DNA of 64,000 nucleotides from Thalia democratica (taxonomy: Eukaryota). Location of the stretch: assembly GCA_965202585.1 (NCBI GenBank), contig OZ241829.1:25172001-25236000 (forward strand), written 5' to 3'. The notes beneath the pieces are model-generated. The model had not been told where the DNA came from. It was given only the letters and a program-made list of their open reading frames with translations, and made no database searches. The position numbers and the translations under genes were made by a program. Below are positions 1 to 13,100 of this stretch, piece by piece. How positions within the stretch are numbered: the stretch's first letter is position 1; each line of letters opens with the position of its first letter.

Positions 1-1180
1 AAAGTAACTTAAAAAACTAGTTTAGTCAACTTTAATTTTTACGTTATGGTGTCCTTACTTATTGCAATTTAAACAGCTTAAAGATTACATGAAAATTTGT
101 TTTAAATGTTTAGATTAACTAAATAAAAATTATTTACATTAACTAGCAAGTAAGAATTAAAAATTTACAAATATAGCACTTATTATGTATGATAATTTTT
201 CATCGTTTCACTCTTTTACCTTTCAAAAATACTAAGTAAGACTAAAGCTTTTTTTAATCCTTACTGTTTTTATGATTTTCTAGATTGAACTGAGTTTCTA
301 GATTTTTATTGGCTGTTTTAACATAATCAAAATAATTACAAAAAAACTTGCTGACATTGCTGAACTAGCGTGTATGAACTGTAGTATAAATTATTAAAAT
401 TTTAGTGTAATAATTGTATAAAAAACTCGATGTTTTGATGATTTCTATATTGTTCAGTACATTAGCATTACATTCTAGTACTCTCAATCTAAAACAAAAA
501 TGGCTTTTAATATATTTTTGAAAAAGCCAATTTAACAAAATAGGTTTAATAGTGCTCTAAAAACCTTACACACTGTTGTATATTTGCTGATTAACACAGG
601 CTAAAGTAGGAGCTCTAAAAAAGTAGCCTATACAAATCTAGTACCTAAAATTAGTAAATGTTAAGAAACATTTTAGTCCTATTCAGTTTTTTAGTAAGTT
701 TTATGAGGTAAGAGAGTGAAAATTAAAACAGTTATCCAACACATTAAGTACTATATTTGTAGTTGTCTATTTTTAATTTCTCGTATGTTTAAAAAAGTAT
801 GTTAATTAACTAAATTATAAATATTTACAACATATTATATGTGTTTTTTGTATTATTTATAATGTAACAAGTCAGGACCCCTGAAATGTAAAACTTAAAT
901 TGACCAAACTCTTTGTTTAAATAACTTCTTATTACAAAATTGCTTAAAATTTTAAGAAAATTTCTTACATTAGAAAAATAAAGTTTAATTTTTTTTTGTA
1001 GAATGATTGTAACTTTAGAAAGGGTAAAAAATACTTTGTCAAAAAAACTATGTTGTGTTTATTTACCGCCAAGTATTTGTTAATTACTGATCAGCAGTTA
1101 AAAGTATCTTTTGAGTTTTTTCAATTTTATCTATACTTTTCAAAATAAATATTCTCTAAGATTATAAGTAGTTTAACTAA

Positions 1181-1620
1181 CAGGGTTGCCACATACTTAG
1201 GGAACTCAGGGAATTCAGGTAAACTCAGGGAATTTTCAAGCTATAGAAAATCTCAGGGAAACTCAGGAAAATCATTTTGGTTCTTTTTTTTTTATCAGGG
1301 AAACTCAGGGCAGTTTTGGTTTTTTCTTAAAAATTCAGGGAAATTTTTAGATTTTTAAAACAATCTCATGGAAAACTTTTTCAAGATCTAGAACAAAATT
1401 TAATTAATCCAGTTTCAATATTTTGTTCAAAAAAGTTAGTTTTATTTAATTTTTGTGTTTATTTAGAAATTTTTTAGCCTTGCGGCTAGATCTTCAATAT
1501 TCTTAGAATTAAAATTGTAATTTCTAAATAAATAGTAATATTTTTATGGTTTTGAAAAAAACTCAGGGAAGTTTAATTTTACTCAGGGAAGATTTTTTGA
1601 CTCAAAGAGTGACAACCCTG
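1181..1620. mobile_element. Non-autonomous TIR element (MITE) with subterminal repeat array and 6-bp TSD
   Basis: TIRs cagggttgccac (1181-1192) / gtgacaaccctg (1609-1620), 11/12 match; aactaa directly flanks both ends (1175-1180, 1621-1626); about a dozen same-orientation (c)tcagggaa motifs inside; no ORF. Confidence 0.85.
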
Positions 1621-1642
1621 AACTAATTAAAATTATTTAAAG

Positions 1643-1996
1643 CAGGGTTTCCCAAAGTAGGTTATTTCATAAATTTAAAGACCACAAGCTGAAAAGGGGC
1701 CAAAGGGGGGTATAAAGTCATATTTTGAAAGTTTTGCTAAATATTTAGGAGTTTATCATAAAAAGCAAAAAAAAAAAAAAAAACACAGCTTCCTAAAGTA
1801 GGATAGTTTAGAAAAACCGTTAAGGGAGAATAAGGTCAAATTTTAAAATTTCATAAGTACACTAGATGTTCTTGAGTGGGTGTTTAAAAGCAAAAAAGGT
1901 TCTCGGGTAGTTTTTAAAGAAACCTTATTATGGGAGGCTATCAATTTTTTTATTTCTTCAAAGGGGGCCTTATGAAAAAAGAACTGCAAAGTCCTG
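1643..1996. mobile_element. Degenerate hAT-type MITE (CAGGGTTTCCCAAAGT family)
   Basis: Left end cagggtttcccaaagt at 1643; eroded right end ...caaagtcctg at 1996; flanks atttaaag / gtttaaag (7/8, 8-bp TSD typical of hAT). Related ends at 13909, 45846 and 48077. Confidence 0.55.
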
Positions 1997-2742
1997 GTTT
2001 AAAGTTTACTAAATTACTCAGGATGACTAAATTTTTGTATGAAATCCCATCTATTTTGTGTTTTTTCATTATAGATCAACTTGTAAAACAACATCAACTA
2101 AGATTAGTTTTTCTTGTTAATAGATAAAGAAGCTAGTTATTGAAAATTTTTATTTCTAATTATTTAGCATTGTAGTACGTGGCTTTATATATGAACTTCA
2201 ATTAAGATTTAAACAATAGTTTTTTGACTTCTACTTTACTTAAACAAAACTATTGGTATTTAGTTGTTAAAAAATACTTAACCTTACTTTCATATACAAC
2301 TTTTTTGTAAAATAAAATAATTTTTATAAGACTATTTACTTTTTATTTATAGTATATACTTTTTTTTACTTATTAAAATTCTACAACTTTTTTTTTTCTT
2401 AAAACTAATTGATTAATCTAAAGTTTAAATGGAAGCCCAATAAAACAAAAAATATGAAAGTAATCAGTAAAATTTTCAATAGCTTATTATAAATCTATTA
2501 ATTAAAACTTAATATATAAAAAAAAATACTTAAATTACAGTGTAAATTGTAGTTAATTAGTATTTAATTCTATAAAACTGTAGTCAACGTTTTTTGATTG
2601 AGGTGAGATGTTTTTTATTGATCAGTTATAATAAACTAGTTCAGCGTACTTTATTTGCAGATTCCTTAGTTTTACAACTAACTTTGTGTGTATAATATAA
2701 AAGTTTACTTTTGCAGTATTTATTAAAACATTCAACAAAGCA

Positions 2743-4314
2743 ATGGATTCTACAATTCCGCGAAAAATACAAAGACTTAAAGATGATTTTAGCCACTACA
2801 AAAACTTTAGTAAAGAGACACAAGCTAACCAAGAAGAACTACAAATTATAGATCAAAGTTCTGTGAAAGTTCTTTTAAACGGGGACTTCATTTTAACCGT
2901 CAACAAAGAAAAAATCACTGAAAAGTCTTCATATTTCCGAGCAATGCTGAGCACTCGTTTTATCAACCACAAATCTGATTTTGTCGAGGTGAACTTCAAC
3001 ACGAGTGTCAGCACATTCGAGCAAGTCATGGAGTTTCTCAACACAGGTTCAACTTGCATCGACTTCCTGAACTTGTTTGAAGTTTACAAGCTTTCATTGT
3101 ACTTGCAAGTGGAAGAGTTACTGCAGCTTTGCTTCGACTACTTTGTAGAAAACCTGAAACCAAAGTACTTAGAAGCTTATGAAGATTTTTTAGAAAAGTC
3201 TCAGCTCGATGACAGTGCACTTGGAGACATAGTTAATAACTTCAAAAAAAGTACCAGGCCATCAATACCAGGATTTTATGTTCTGAAGACAATAAAGAAC
3301 AAATGCTACATCAATATGTTGTCTGAAGATTTGAAAAAAGTTTACGAGGTACCAAATGCAGTAGTAGAGTACGAGTCACGTGTGGAAAGCGTTCAACTGG
3401 AAAAATTTAACAACAAACTTTTGTTTTGCGTAACATCAAAAAACCCACAATCAGTCAGTTCACTGCATGAATATGACATTATAAGAAACGAAATGAGAGA
3501 TGTCACTTCAATAAAAGACGGTCAAACTGTTATTTGTTCGGACAAAAATAACTTTTTCACAGCCAGCGTCGTTGAAGACGGTTTGAATAAAAGCTTAATA
3601 TCTTTAACAGTTTATGGTGTGAAGTACAGAAATGATGACATGAGTTTACAACTAACAAAAAGATTTCCGCCTTTTTTCGAAAAAGTTAAAAATCCCGCAA
3701 GTGAAGTTTTAAAACCAAATTTACTGTTCTCTCACACTGCTAATGACCAAGTGTATATTTTTTATTACGCTGGAAAACTCACGTGTGATGATTTGTACCT
3801 TGATAAAGTGTATTTGATGACGATATGTAAAAAATCCATGCTTTTAGTGAAAGCTGACAAACTTACAAACTTGATTTCAAAGCCGAAAAACAGCACGATG
3901 TCACTAAACGTCAAACAGAGGCGCTTCAGAAAGATGTTCACGCACAAACAAGAAGAAAAAGTGTACATTATGTTGAACGAACTGCACAATACGATCCTTG
4001 TTTTCGACTGCAACCCTTATTTTAAACATCCTTTCTACTTTAGCACAAAACAGATGCCTTACACTTTCGACTGCAATGTTCCAATCGCGACTAAAGAAGG
4101 AGTTTTGTATTCGATTGGTGTGCAAGGGGGCGGGTATACAGAAAGGAAAAGAAGGTTTGAAAAAGTGTGGGTTGAGACGAAGTCATACCAGTGCGAAAAC
4201 GATTTTCTTTTAGATGATAACAAGAAGATAAAGACTAATGAGATAGAAGTTAAAGATCGTAGGGATGTTGGCGTTATGGCGGCCTGTTATGTAAAAAATA
4301 ATTTTAAAATGTAA
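2743..4314 (+). CDS. Intronless BTB/POZ-domain protein (N-terminal BTB plus BACK-like helices, divergent beta-rich C-terminus; Kelch-like/CUL3 adaptor type), 523 aa
   Basis: Long ORF; VKVLLNGDFILTVNKEKITEKSSYFRAML...FEQVMEFLNTGSTCI...EVYKLSLYLQVEELLQLCFDY matches the BTB pattern (S.YF.AM, F..Y.G, A..LQ...L...C). AATAAA at about 4313-4318 overlaps the stop. Confidence 0.85.
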   Translation: MDSTIPRKIQRLKDDFSHYKNFSKETQANQEELQIIDQSSVKVLLNGDFILTVNKEKITEKSSYFRAMLSTRFINHKSDFVEVNFNTSVSTFEQVMEFLNTGSTCIDFLNLFEVYKLSLYLQVEELLQLCFDYFVENLKPKYLEAYEDFLEKSQLDDSALGDIVNNFKKSTRPSIPGFYVLKTIKNKCYINMLSEDLKKVYEVPNAVVEYESRVESVQLEKFNNKLLFCVTSKNPQSVSSLHEYDIIRNEMRDVTSIKDGQTVICSDKNNFFTASVVEDGLNKSLISLTVYGVKYRNDDMSLQLTKRFPPFFEKVKNPASEVLKPNLLFSHTANDQVYIFYYAGKLTCDDLYLDKVYLMTICKKSMLLVKADKLTNLISKPKNSTMSLNVKQRRFRKMFTHKQEEKVYIMLNELHNTILVFDCNPYFKHPFYFSTKQMPYTFDCNVPIATKEGVLYSIGVQGGGYTERKRRFEKVWVETKSYQCENDFLLDDNKKIKTNEIEVKDRRDVGVMAACYVKNNFKM

Positions 4315-5192
4315 TAAAAGCAGTTAATAAGTACAACACTTTTTTTTTTCAAAAAAAAACTTTTTACAACAAAAAATTATTAAATTCTACTTGTTTTTCT
4401 AAGAAATAACAATTTTATTGTTTTATTTTGAACCAGATTTGTAATCTTAGCGTTATTGCGGCCTGTTATGATAAGAAAGTTTTGAAAATATATTAATTTA
4501 ACAAGTTCTTGAATTTATTTCGTATTTATGTTAGAAGTCTGCTTTAAGTCATAAAACCAATTTTTCCTCAGTGTTTTTATTTTAAACTGACGAGGCTGCT
4601 CGTTTGTTTTGAAACAACATTAATGGAACGGATTCAAGTCAATATATTATTATTAGACTCAAATGTAAAAACGATCCTTATTGAAGTGTTTTAGTTATAT
4701 TTTTAGATTTAAAAATTAAATTGAGATTTACCTTTAAAGTTAGTAAACTATAAACTAAAAAAAAAACAGTGAATAACTCACTTTTTAAGCCGATTATACC
4801 ACACTTATTTTAGTTAACGTTTATCTTGTTTAAGTAACAGTACATTGATTGGAACGTCTTCGAGCTTATATAATGTGGCATACATGTAAAAACTTTGTTA
4901 AAGTAAGAAAATTTACTTTTTTAGAATTAAAAAGAGAATATGGTTTATATTCACTTGATAAAGTTAGTAAAATAATAGTTTTAAAAGTTCTAGCAAATAG
5001 TACTTTTTTGTAATACAAATACTTTTTCAACTAAAAACTATCTGTATTAAGCTAAGAAAAGTTAGTTTCTCTCAATAATATTTTTTACCTCAAAAGTAGA
5101 AGTTTTTCTATTTTGTTTGATTTTTATTTTGCACTAACAACATAATTATCAACCTTGATTTCTACATTTAAAAAATGACAATGATTATATAA

Positions 5193-5309
5193 TCCTGGAC
5201 AAAGCGTTAAAAGGTGTCCGTGGCGTGCGACTTGATAACCGGAAGGTTCTTTGTGCACTAGGTCCGAGGACCAAACTTTTTTTGCAATTTTTTGTCGTTC
5301 AATAAACTA
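5193..5309 (+). repeat. Dispersed ~115-bp structured repeat, copy 1 (SINE/LINE-tail-like)
   Basis: tcctggacaa...gtgcga...gataacc-ggaa-ggtt...tgtgcac-taggtccgaggacc...ttgtcgttcaataaacta aligns with 43156-43272 and 54061-54180. Confidence 0.8.
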
Positions 5310-6424
5310 TACAAAACTATTTGAATATTCAGTTCTTAGAATTAAAAATTAAAACAAACTTTATTTAATTCATCTAAAATAGAAGTAGTACTTAAAAAAT
5401 AATCAAGTTGGAAATACTAATACTATAAGTTGTATTAACAAAATTACAAAAATTATACAGTTATTTAATTTATTTTATTTAATAGTTTTTTCTAAAACTT
5501 CCTGAACGCAAAACATCACTTAAAAAATAATTAGTTTATGAAAAATTTTAGTGAAATTTTAAACGGGTGGCAAATTGAATTCGTATTTTGTAAAAATTAG
5601 AAAACGAAAACCCACTAGAAACTTTAAACGGGTATCAATATAATCAATTTTTAAGGAGTAGCTGTCATAAATGCATTAACGTTATTATTCACTTTGATTT
5701 AATCAAAAAATACCGATTTGAAAAAAATTAGCAAACTATTTATTCATTTATTAGAAATTTACATAAAAGAAGTTTTGAATTATAAAAGTTCTTAATAAGA
5801 ACAGTCAAAGGACGTGCAAAAAAGACTCTGTGCAAAAGTGACCCATTTCCACTTTAAAGACAGTTTTTTGTCATAAACTTTACAAAATTAACAATTCGAT
5901 TTTTCTACATTTCCAGAATACTGAACAACATTATGAAGTGAATTTAAAGCTAAGTTATTAATTATAGTACCATGTTTTAGTACTTATGTAAAATGAATAA
6001 CTAATAACTTTTTGTTTGTTCTGTATCAGGTACGTAGTTTGGTACGTTTCTGCAAATCTTTTTTAACAATTTTGCAAAAGAAAAAAAAGCGGTTTTGTTT
6101 CAATTCTTTTGTTTAAAAACAACCTGCTTTCTTAGTTTTTAGTATTATTTGATACTTAGTTTTACCCTCCTGATAGATAAATCTAAAACATAAACACTCT
6201 TTGCAATTGTAGGGACTAAAAAAATTAAGAAATTAATTATATTTAAACTATATACAACGAACTCAGCTCGGATTCTCTGTGGCAAAAAACAATGCAATGT
6301 AAAAAAATATTTTTGGAAGCTAAAAATTTTTCTAAAGTGAAAGAATGTGAATTAAAAACCTATTCTTAGGTTATTAAACGTCACTAAAATGCGAGAACAA
6401 TAAAACATGTAGTAACAAGTTTAG

Positions 6425-6670
6425 CTTGAGCAGGGGCATGAGCAGGAGCAATTTGAGCAGGAGCAGTTCAAGGAGGGGCAGCTCGATAAGTAGTAACTCG
6501 AGTAGGAACAACTATAGCAAGGATCGAGCAAAGACAACTCGAACAGGAGCAACTTGAGTAAGGACAACTCGATCAGGGACAACTCGAGCAGGAACAACTA
6601 TAGCATGGACAACTTTAGCAAGAGCAAATCGAGCATGAGAAACTCAGGCAGGGGAAATTTATACAGGACC
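6425..6670 (+). repeat. 15-bp minisatellite (consensus about ctcgagcaggagcaa), about 16 degenerate units
   Basis: Visible 15-nt periodicity of ctcgag/cttgag...caa; a reverse-oriented relative lies at 44450-44578. Confidence 0.85.
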
Positions 6671-7663
6671 AGAATAGTTTGAATTAAAAAGAAAAACAAA
6701 TATAACTATTATAAAAACATAACTTTTTACATTAAGTTTTGTTTAATACTTACTTTGATTTTTTTTTAAACAAAAGTTTTTTTACATTGACAAAATAATG
6801 TAAAATGTAATTTAAGAAAGTCTTAAATTAATTCAAGATTTAAGTTCAGAAATATATTTTTGTCCTGCAGCTTCTAATAAAACTCCCACGGTGAGTGTGT
6901 AGCAACATAAACTGTGTTGTATACAGTTACTTCCCATACACCAAAATTTTATTTATTTATGAAGTTTGACATAACTGCATACTTTACTATAAAACAGAAT
7001 AACAATAGAGGATAAATTGTCATGTATTACGTCTTCATGCGTCATCCCTTATGTTTTGCATTTTTGTATTTTGCAGATTCGTAACTTTTTCGAGCTAGCT
7101 ACGTTCCTGTTCTATATTATTATTTAAAATGAATTTTGTTTAGTTTAACTGTTTAATAGATTTAGTATATAAAAAGATTATAGATTTTAGTGTTGCTATA
7201 CTTTTAGACATTCTCAAACTTGAGCTAAATTTTGTAAAAATCACGCTAGCTCACAGTAGTTTGAAGTTTTTTTTGAAAGATTCAGGCTGTTTTATTATTT
7301 TTACTTAAATGAAATTAACAAAATCAGTTTTCAACTGATTAGTTATTAGAGTTTAAAATAAACTATGTTTTTGTCTTTCTTTAACTAGTAAAGCATTAAT
7401 ATTTTGTTTTAGGATTGCCACCTAGTATTAAGTGTATTAAGTTTTGAAAATGGTAAATAGTTTATTAAGACTTAAGTATATTTAGTAAGTTTTATTTCAA
7501 TAAATATGTAAGTTTATAAAAAGCCTTCTGTGTATAGCTAAAAGTAATTTAAACTAACAAAATGAATAAAAGTAAGATCATCAATTAAATTAAATAAATT
7601 TTCTATTGTGTGTGACAAAAATTAAAACCTTACAATTATTTAAGTCCGACTAAAACTAAAACT

Positions 7664-7728
7664 GTGGCCCGCGAAGATTTTAAAACTTGAACTTTGGCCT
7701 CGGAGCACCAATTGCCTACCGACCCCTG
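7664..7728. mobile_element. Solo right end of a hAT/Charlie-type MITE
   Basis: gtggcccgcg...tggcctcgg...ccgacccctg resembles the right end of the intact element at 55508-55719; no left end or TSD found. Confidence 0.55.
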
Positions 7729-9741
7729 ATCTAAAATGAAATAGATATTGAGCAAAATGAAAACAAACTTGATCTAAAAATGAAACAATACGATGATGCT
7801 CGTAAAAATTAAAAAGGGATTTAAATATTATGGCAATTTGAAAATGTCGAGAATGGAAAACGTAAAAGCTGCAGAAGACAGAAAAGAGTACCAAAGAGAA
7901 TGTAGAAAAACGTATAAAGGCAACAGAAAAAGGTAAAGACATAAAAAGTTTTTGGATACCTTAAACTTGATTAAAAAACTGAAGTGGGAGGTACGTTGAA
8001 ATAAATGGTTGCTGAGTTGGTAACAAAAATGAGAAGTAAATAGAAATATATTTTCTTAGATTACAACTGTAATCATAAATGTGCTTTCTTTACAATTTAG
8101 GTCCAAATAAACTGTTATTTAAATTTTTTTTTAAACTATTATAGTTTATAAGTTTGCTTTCCTCAATACACTTAATTAGTGTAAAACATGTAATTTTTTT
8201 CAATAAAAACTCAATTGAATTCTTTTTTAACTAAAAGCTTGAAAGTTTTATAAGTGATAGGTAAACAAAACTATTCAAACCTTTTTGTAAGAAATCCTTG
8301 ATATTTTACGCTAATAGAAAAGTTACTGAAATAATTGAATATTAGTCTCAAATTATATATTTCTGAGACAGTGTTAGTAAATTTAAACTATTTTTGGAAA
8401 ATATGAATTTTTGTATAGTACATAAAAATTACTAAGTTAAGTTCTTAGAAAATCAAAACAACAAACTCTTTGACACATACAATATAAAAGTTTATATGTT
8501 ATAAGAGTCTAAGCGATCTAGTTCAGACGGTCTGAAAATAGATATCAGAGAAAAAAAGTTTATCTTTATATCAATTCTGAACGATTTTTAGTAACAAAAA
8601 CATTTGAAATATTTTAATCAGCTTTATAAAGTTATCTGAAAAGTCTAAGTTAAAAAAAAACTAAAACTAACTGCTGAACTAAACGACACAGTTTTCTGTA
8701 TTTAATTATTCAAAAACTTATTATTCAAAAAAAAAATAGTTTGTTAAATCTTTGTAAATGTTTAGTTTGAATTTATAATACTTTAGTAAACTACTGGATC
8801 AAATCTAAAAGTATAAAACAAGTTTTACACATCTTTTTGTTTGAAAACAAAGAATGTAAACAATTAAATAACCACCAACCTTATCTAAAAAAAACCAGCA
8901 TAAGAAATAAAATGTTTTAAACTGTTTTAGTAACGAGTAAACTAACAAAGACATATATTTTATGGTTTGAGAAGTTTTACGTTTAACATTATAAAATTTG
9001 AAGTTTACAAAACTTAATTACGCGTTATAGAAAATATTTGCTCTATTCATTGTTCAGCTGCTAAACATAACTCATTTTACTAATTTAATTAAGTTTCAAA
9101 ATAAGGTAAAATATTTTGGCGATGATTACTTTGAAAAAGTTTTATTAAACTTAAAATAACAATTTTACTTCCAAGTTAAAAATAATCAATTATTTAGTTC
9201 AAAATTTTAGTTTTCAAACAATGTACTATGTAACATTCAGTTATTTTAAAAAACTACCAGATTGTTTCATTATCAAAAGTTTTTTACAAAAACTAAAGGT
9301 AGTTTTACACAAAAAAATTTACTGCACAAGGTAGATGAATAAGTTTTAAAAATTAGTATTTATATTTGAAGGCAAACTTATTTTCTGTTAAACAGAAAAC
9401 TGAAAATAGACAAAAAAGGTAGTTGTCGTTTATATTTTTTAAAGATTTTGTTTAACAAACCACTTTGTTGTACAAAATTAAATAACACTTTTCACAATTG
9501 TATACCTCATTTCTAACCCACTTTATAGCAACTAGTTACGAAATGACCTAAAAATAAATGACTGATTGAAGGAGCAAACAGTTTAATTGGCAGGCCGTAT
9601 TGCTAACTCGTATGCACATAGGTGTGAATTGGTAAGTACTTGCGTGGTTGTATGCAAATAAATGTCGCAATGAGCGAAAAAAGAGATTGAAAGCAAATAA
9701 CAAGCTTAAAAGCTTCAAACACTGCTTAGCGCAAGTAAAAA

Positions 9742-10165
9742 ATGCAAATCAGTGTCACTTTTTCCGTACTGCTAATCTGTTTGACCAGTAGTTCAGAATG
9801 CCTGAAGTGCTTCAACTGTACTGACGCGCCAACGGGCCCCGACGAGTGCAACTCGGAAACAACGAAGTTACAGGAAACGACTCGGGTTACTGCGTGTCGG
9901 CATCGTTCAGAAGCGTCCCCGATGCGCCGTTTGAGTGTGGAGAAAAGGAGTATTGTGTCGTGGTGCATCAGTAGAGAATTTTTCATGACGCATGGAACGT
10001 ACCGCATCTCTCTTAACGCAGTTTGACAGTGTCTTGCTCTGCAGGGGATTTTGTAACAGCGAGTTTGAGTTTGACGTTAACTCAGCTCAAGGACTCGGAA
10101 CAAACTTTTATATTATTGTCATGGTAGTTTTTGCCATTTATTACAGTTTGTTGTTTAAGTTGTGA
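9742..10165 (+). pseudogene. Ly6/uPAR (three-finger) GPI-anchored protein, disrupted by 2 frameshifts and 2 in-frame stops
   Basis: Frame 1: signal peptide + LKCFNCTDAPTGPDECNSET. Frame 2: NDSGYCVSASFRSVPDAPFECGEKEYCVVVHQ*RIFHDAWNVPHLS*RSLTVSCSAGDF. Frame 3 (10052-10165): CNSEFEFDVNSAQGLGTNFYIIVMVVFAIYYSLLFKL*, i.e. the terminal CN motif plus a hydrophobic GPI signal. AATAAA at about 10169. Probable 5'UTR intron 9632-9729 (GTAAGT...TTAG). Confidence 0.8.
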
Positions 10166-13100
10166 TAAAATAAATACTTTTGTAATACAAATAAAAATAT
10201 ATTTTTTGTTTTTGTTTTGATATTTTTGTTTTCGTTTTCTGATCACTTTTTTCTTAGATAGTAAATAAATATTGTTTTCTCAATATAAGACAAAAAAAAC
10301 AGTTTTGAACATTTTATACCTTTTTAGACGAATTTTATTCAGATTAAAACTATTAAAAACTGTTGTTTAATATATACTTATGTTTCAAATTGATATTTGC
10401 GAGTAAAACTGATTTCATAATAGTTTGTTTAATTTAAAAATATTAACTTAGTTGATAACTTTGCTAATAATCTATATAGTATTACAAAAACTAATAATAA
10501 TTTATGACAATTATAATCATTAAACATTTTGATTTTTACAAAAATTCGTTGGGATGAGTCTGCAAAGATTAAAAAACGAAAATACTTTAAAATAAGTAAG
10601 AAACATTTTATGTCATATATGAATAAATTTTATATAAAAACCAAGGCCAACTAAACGACTGTAAACTAGTATTGAAACTTGAATATCAATTAAATTTTAA
10701 AAGAAAATGCAATTTTAAATCAAAATTTAACAAGTGTTTTGAAAAAATACAAACTTTTAATTGTTTTTAGTCTAAGTTTTAATTGACTTCCTTTTTATAA
10801 ATAAAATTATTAGCCGCAAAATACCTATTATTTTAAGTATTTAAAAGATTAATTTCCAAAATTTTTAAAATTTTAGATTTTGATAGTTATAACTTTTTTT
10901 TATCATAAACAAATTTTTAAAGTCTTAAGTCAAGCCGTTAAAAACATAGTGTTTTATTTTTATTTTTTATTAGCTTTCAATAATAAAATAATCTTACTAA
11001 ATAAGTAAATTCAACAATTTATGTTGATAAGCAAAAAATTGTTTATAAAAATGCTCAATTTGAATTTCTATTCTGTTGTATTTTTATAAATGCAAAGTGG
11101 TTTTGATTTGTATAAATCAGTGAAAAATTATCGACTAGAAACAGTTCAAATAGCTCTGCTCTATTTTCAAAAGTTGTATAAAGCATTACAAAATAATTGT
11201 AGTGTATATATTTTATTACATAATTCTATTTTTGATGTTAAATAATTGAGTTCAACTTAATTTTATTAATTAAACATATTTTAAAAGTTTGTAGCAGCTT
11301 ATTTATATTAAAATTCTTAGTTAAAAAACAAACTGTTTAAAGTTTTAAAGTTTTCAAACTTTCTGTTTCAAGTTACAACCGGTAGTTGTACTTTAATTTG
11401 ACGGATAATTTTTGGCACGAGTTTACTGCAATAATTTTTATTTAAGTTTGAGTAATTTGGTTATTAATTCGGGTGAAAGTTGTCTTTTCATAATACACAT
11501 TAGTTTGCATTTAGTTGGCAAATTGACAAGCAATAAAGCTGAATTACCTCTTCAAATTTAAAAAGATTAAAAACAATTAAACAACGAATGTAGTTTTTCA
11601 ATATTAAACTAAACTAAACTTTTAATTATTTTAAAAAGTGATGAGTTGACTCTTTCCTTTACGTTTTGTGCAATTAGAAAAAAAACTCTTTGAATTTAAA
11701 GTATCATTTTTCAAATAAAGTTACGTTATGAATAAGATTACTTTAGTACTTGTCTACATAACTGAAGATCATGGTGTGGAAACTTTTACATTACATTTCA
11801 AATTAGATAATAACAAACTTTACAGAAACATTTTTATAACTGTTAATTTTTATCAGTGAGTTTAAAGTGAAATTCGTAATATTAAAAACATTGCAAAATA
11901 AAAGATAATAAAGCTTTATAAATCTAATATTAGCATTTCTATATTTAAAAACATAATAGTAATTATGATTATTAAAAGTTTATTGTCTATACGATAAACC
12001 TAGGCATCAAAACCTAGGCCACTTAAACTGAAAGACACATAACAAAAAAACCATAGATATATATAAAACAAAAAATTAATTTTATTTAAAATAAAGATGA
12101 AAACATAAATTTTAATAAATGTTGTATATTAACATGAAAATCAAATTTTCTAACCACAAACTTATACTTATTTACGCTTTGATGTTGAACGATCAACATC
12201 AAATATTTAAATGTATTAACTAACAACATAAAAACCTAAAGCCCCAAGCACATTAACAATAGACTGGCCAGATAAATAACCATTGAAAATATTGCTAACA
12301 ATTCCAAAGTTTTACTTTCAATACCTAAATAGTTTTAGTTTTTAACCGTAGTTGTAATAAAAATATTTAAAACCTAAGGTTGTATATAAAAGCTAAGGTA
12401 AAGCAAGTTTCCAGTCAAAAAGTTTACTGCAAATAGTTAAAAAAAACTAAAGGACATTGGATCGACGTACTATGATATTTATAAACAAATTAAATTGTAC
12501 CTAGTTTAGCATAATAAACTGCTTCCGGCAGTATTACATGCAATAAAAACGTGGGAAAAGCATCCAGCTTAAAAAGTTATGTAGTCAGTAAAAAACAAAA
12601 CTTTTATATAGTCCAGCAGACTAATTTTTCAAACTCTTTTTTATTTTGGAAATACTAATAAATCAGACTTTAGAATTTAACAGTTAGTTGTAATCTATAA
12701 AAGTTAAATAACTGAAAAAATTCAAAAAAATTATTAAAATCAATTGCCCAAACAAAAGCATACATGTTTACTTTTATTTATATTTAAAAAAGTCAGTTTT
12801 TTTACCTCCAAAACCTGGTAGTGAATGAAACATTTAATTTCAACTAATATTAAAATTTAAAACATTTATTGTAAAATGGTACTTAAAATATAGTAAAAAA
12901 AAATATTAGATAAATTTAATTTCTAACAACGAACTTTGTTTTCAGTGTCTAATATCACATACTTTTAGCTACTAAATGGTATGTGCAAACCAATATTTTT
13001 ACCGATTTACTAGTATTAAGCTTTAAAAAAAAAATAACTATCATACAACAATATATTTAGACATATACAACACTTAAAATACTGTTTTTTTTACTTTTGA

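Noticed and set aside
6425-6670. Regularly spaced repeats resembling a CRISPR array
   Set aside because: Units are contiguous 15-mers with no unique spacers, no cas genes, and the context is eukaryotic.
7640-7942. 100-aa minus-strand ORF
   Set aside because: Overlaps a MITE end and A-rich sequence; Phe/Ser-biased with no domain signal.
9960-10020. In-frame TAG and TAA inside the Ly6 frame suggesting a ciliate-like genetic code
   Set aside because: Intact genes in the window terminate at TAA, TAG and TGA, and the same gene also has frameshifts; pseudogenisation is simpler.
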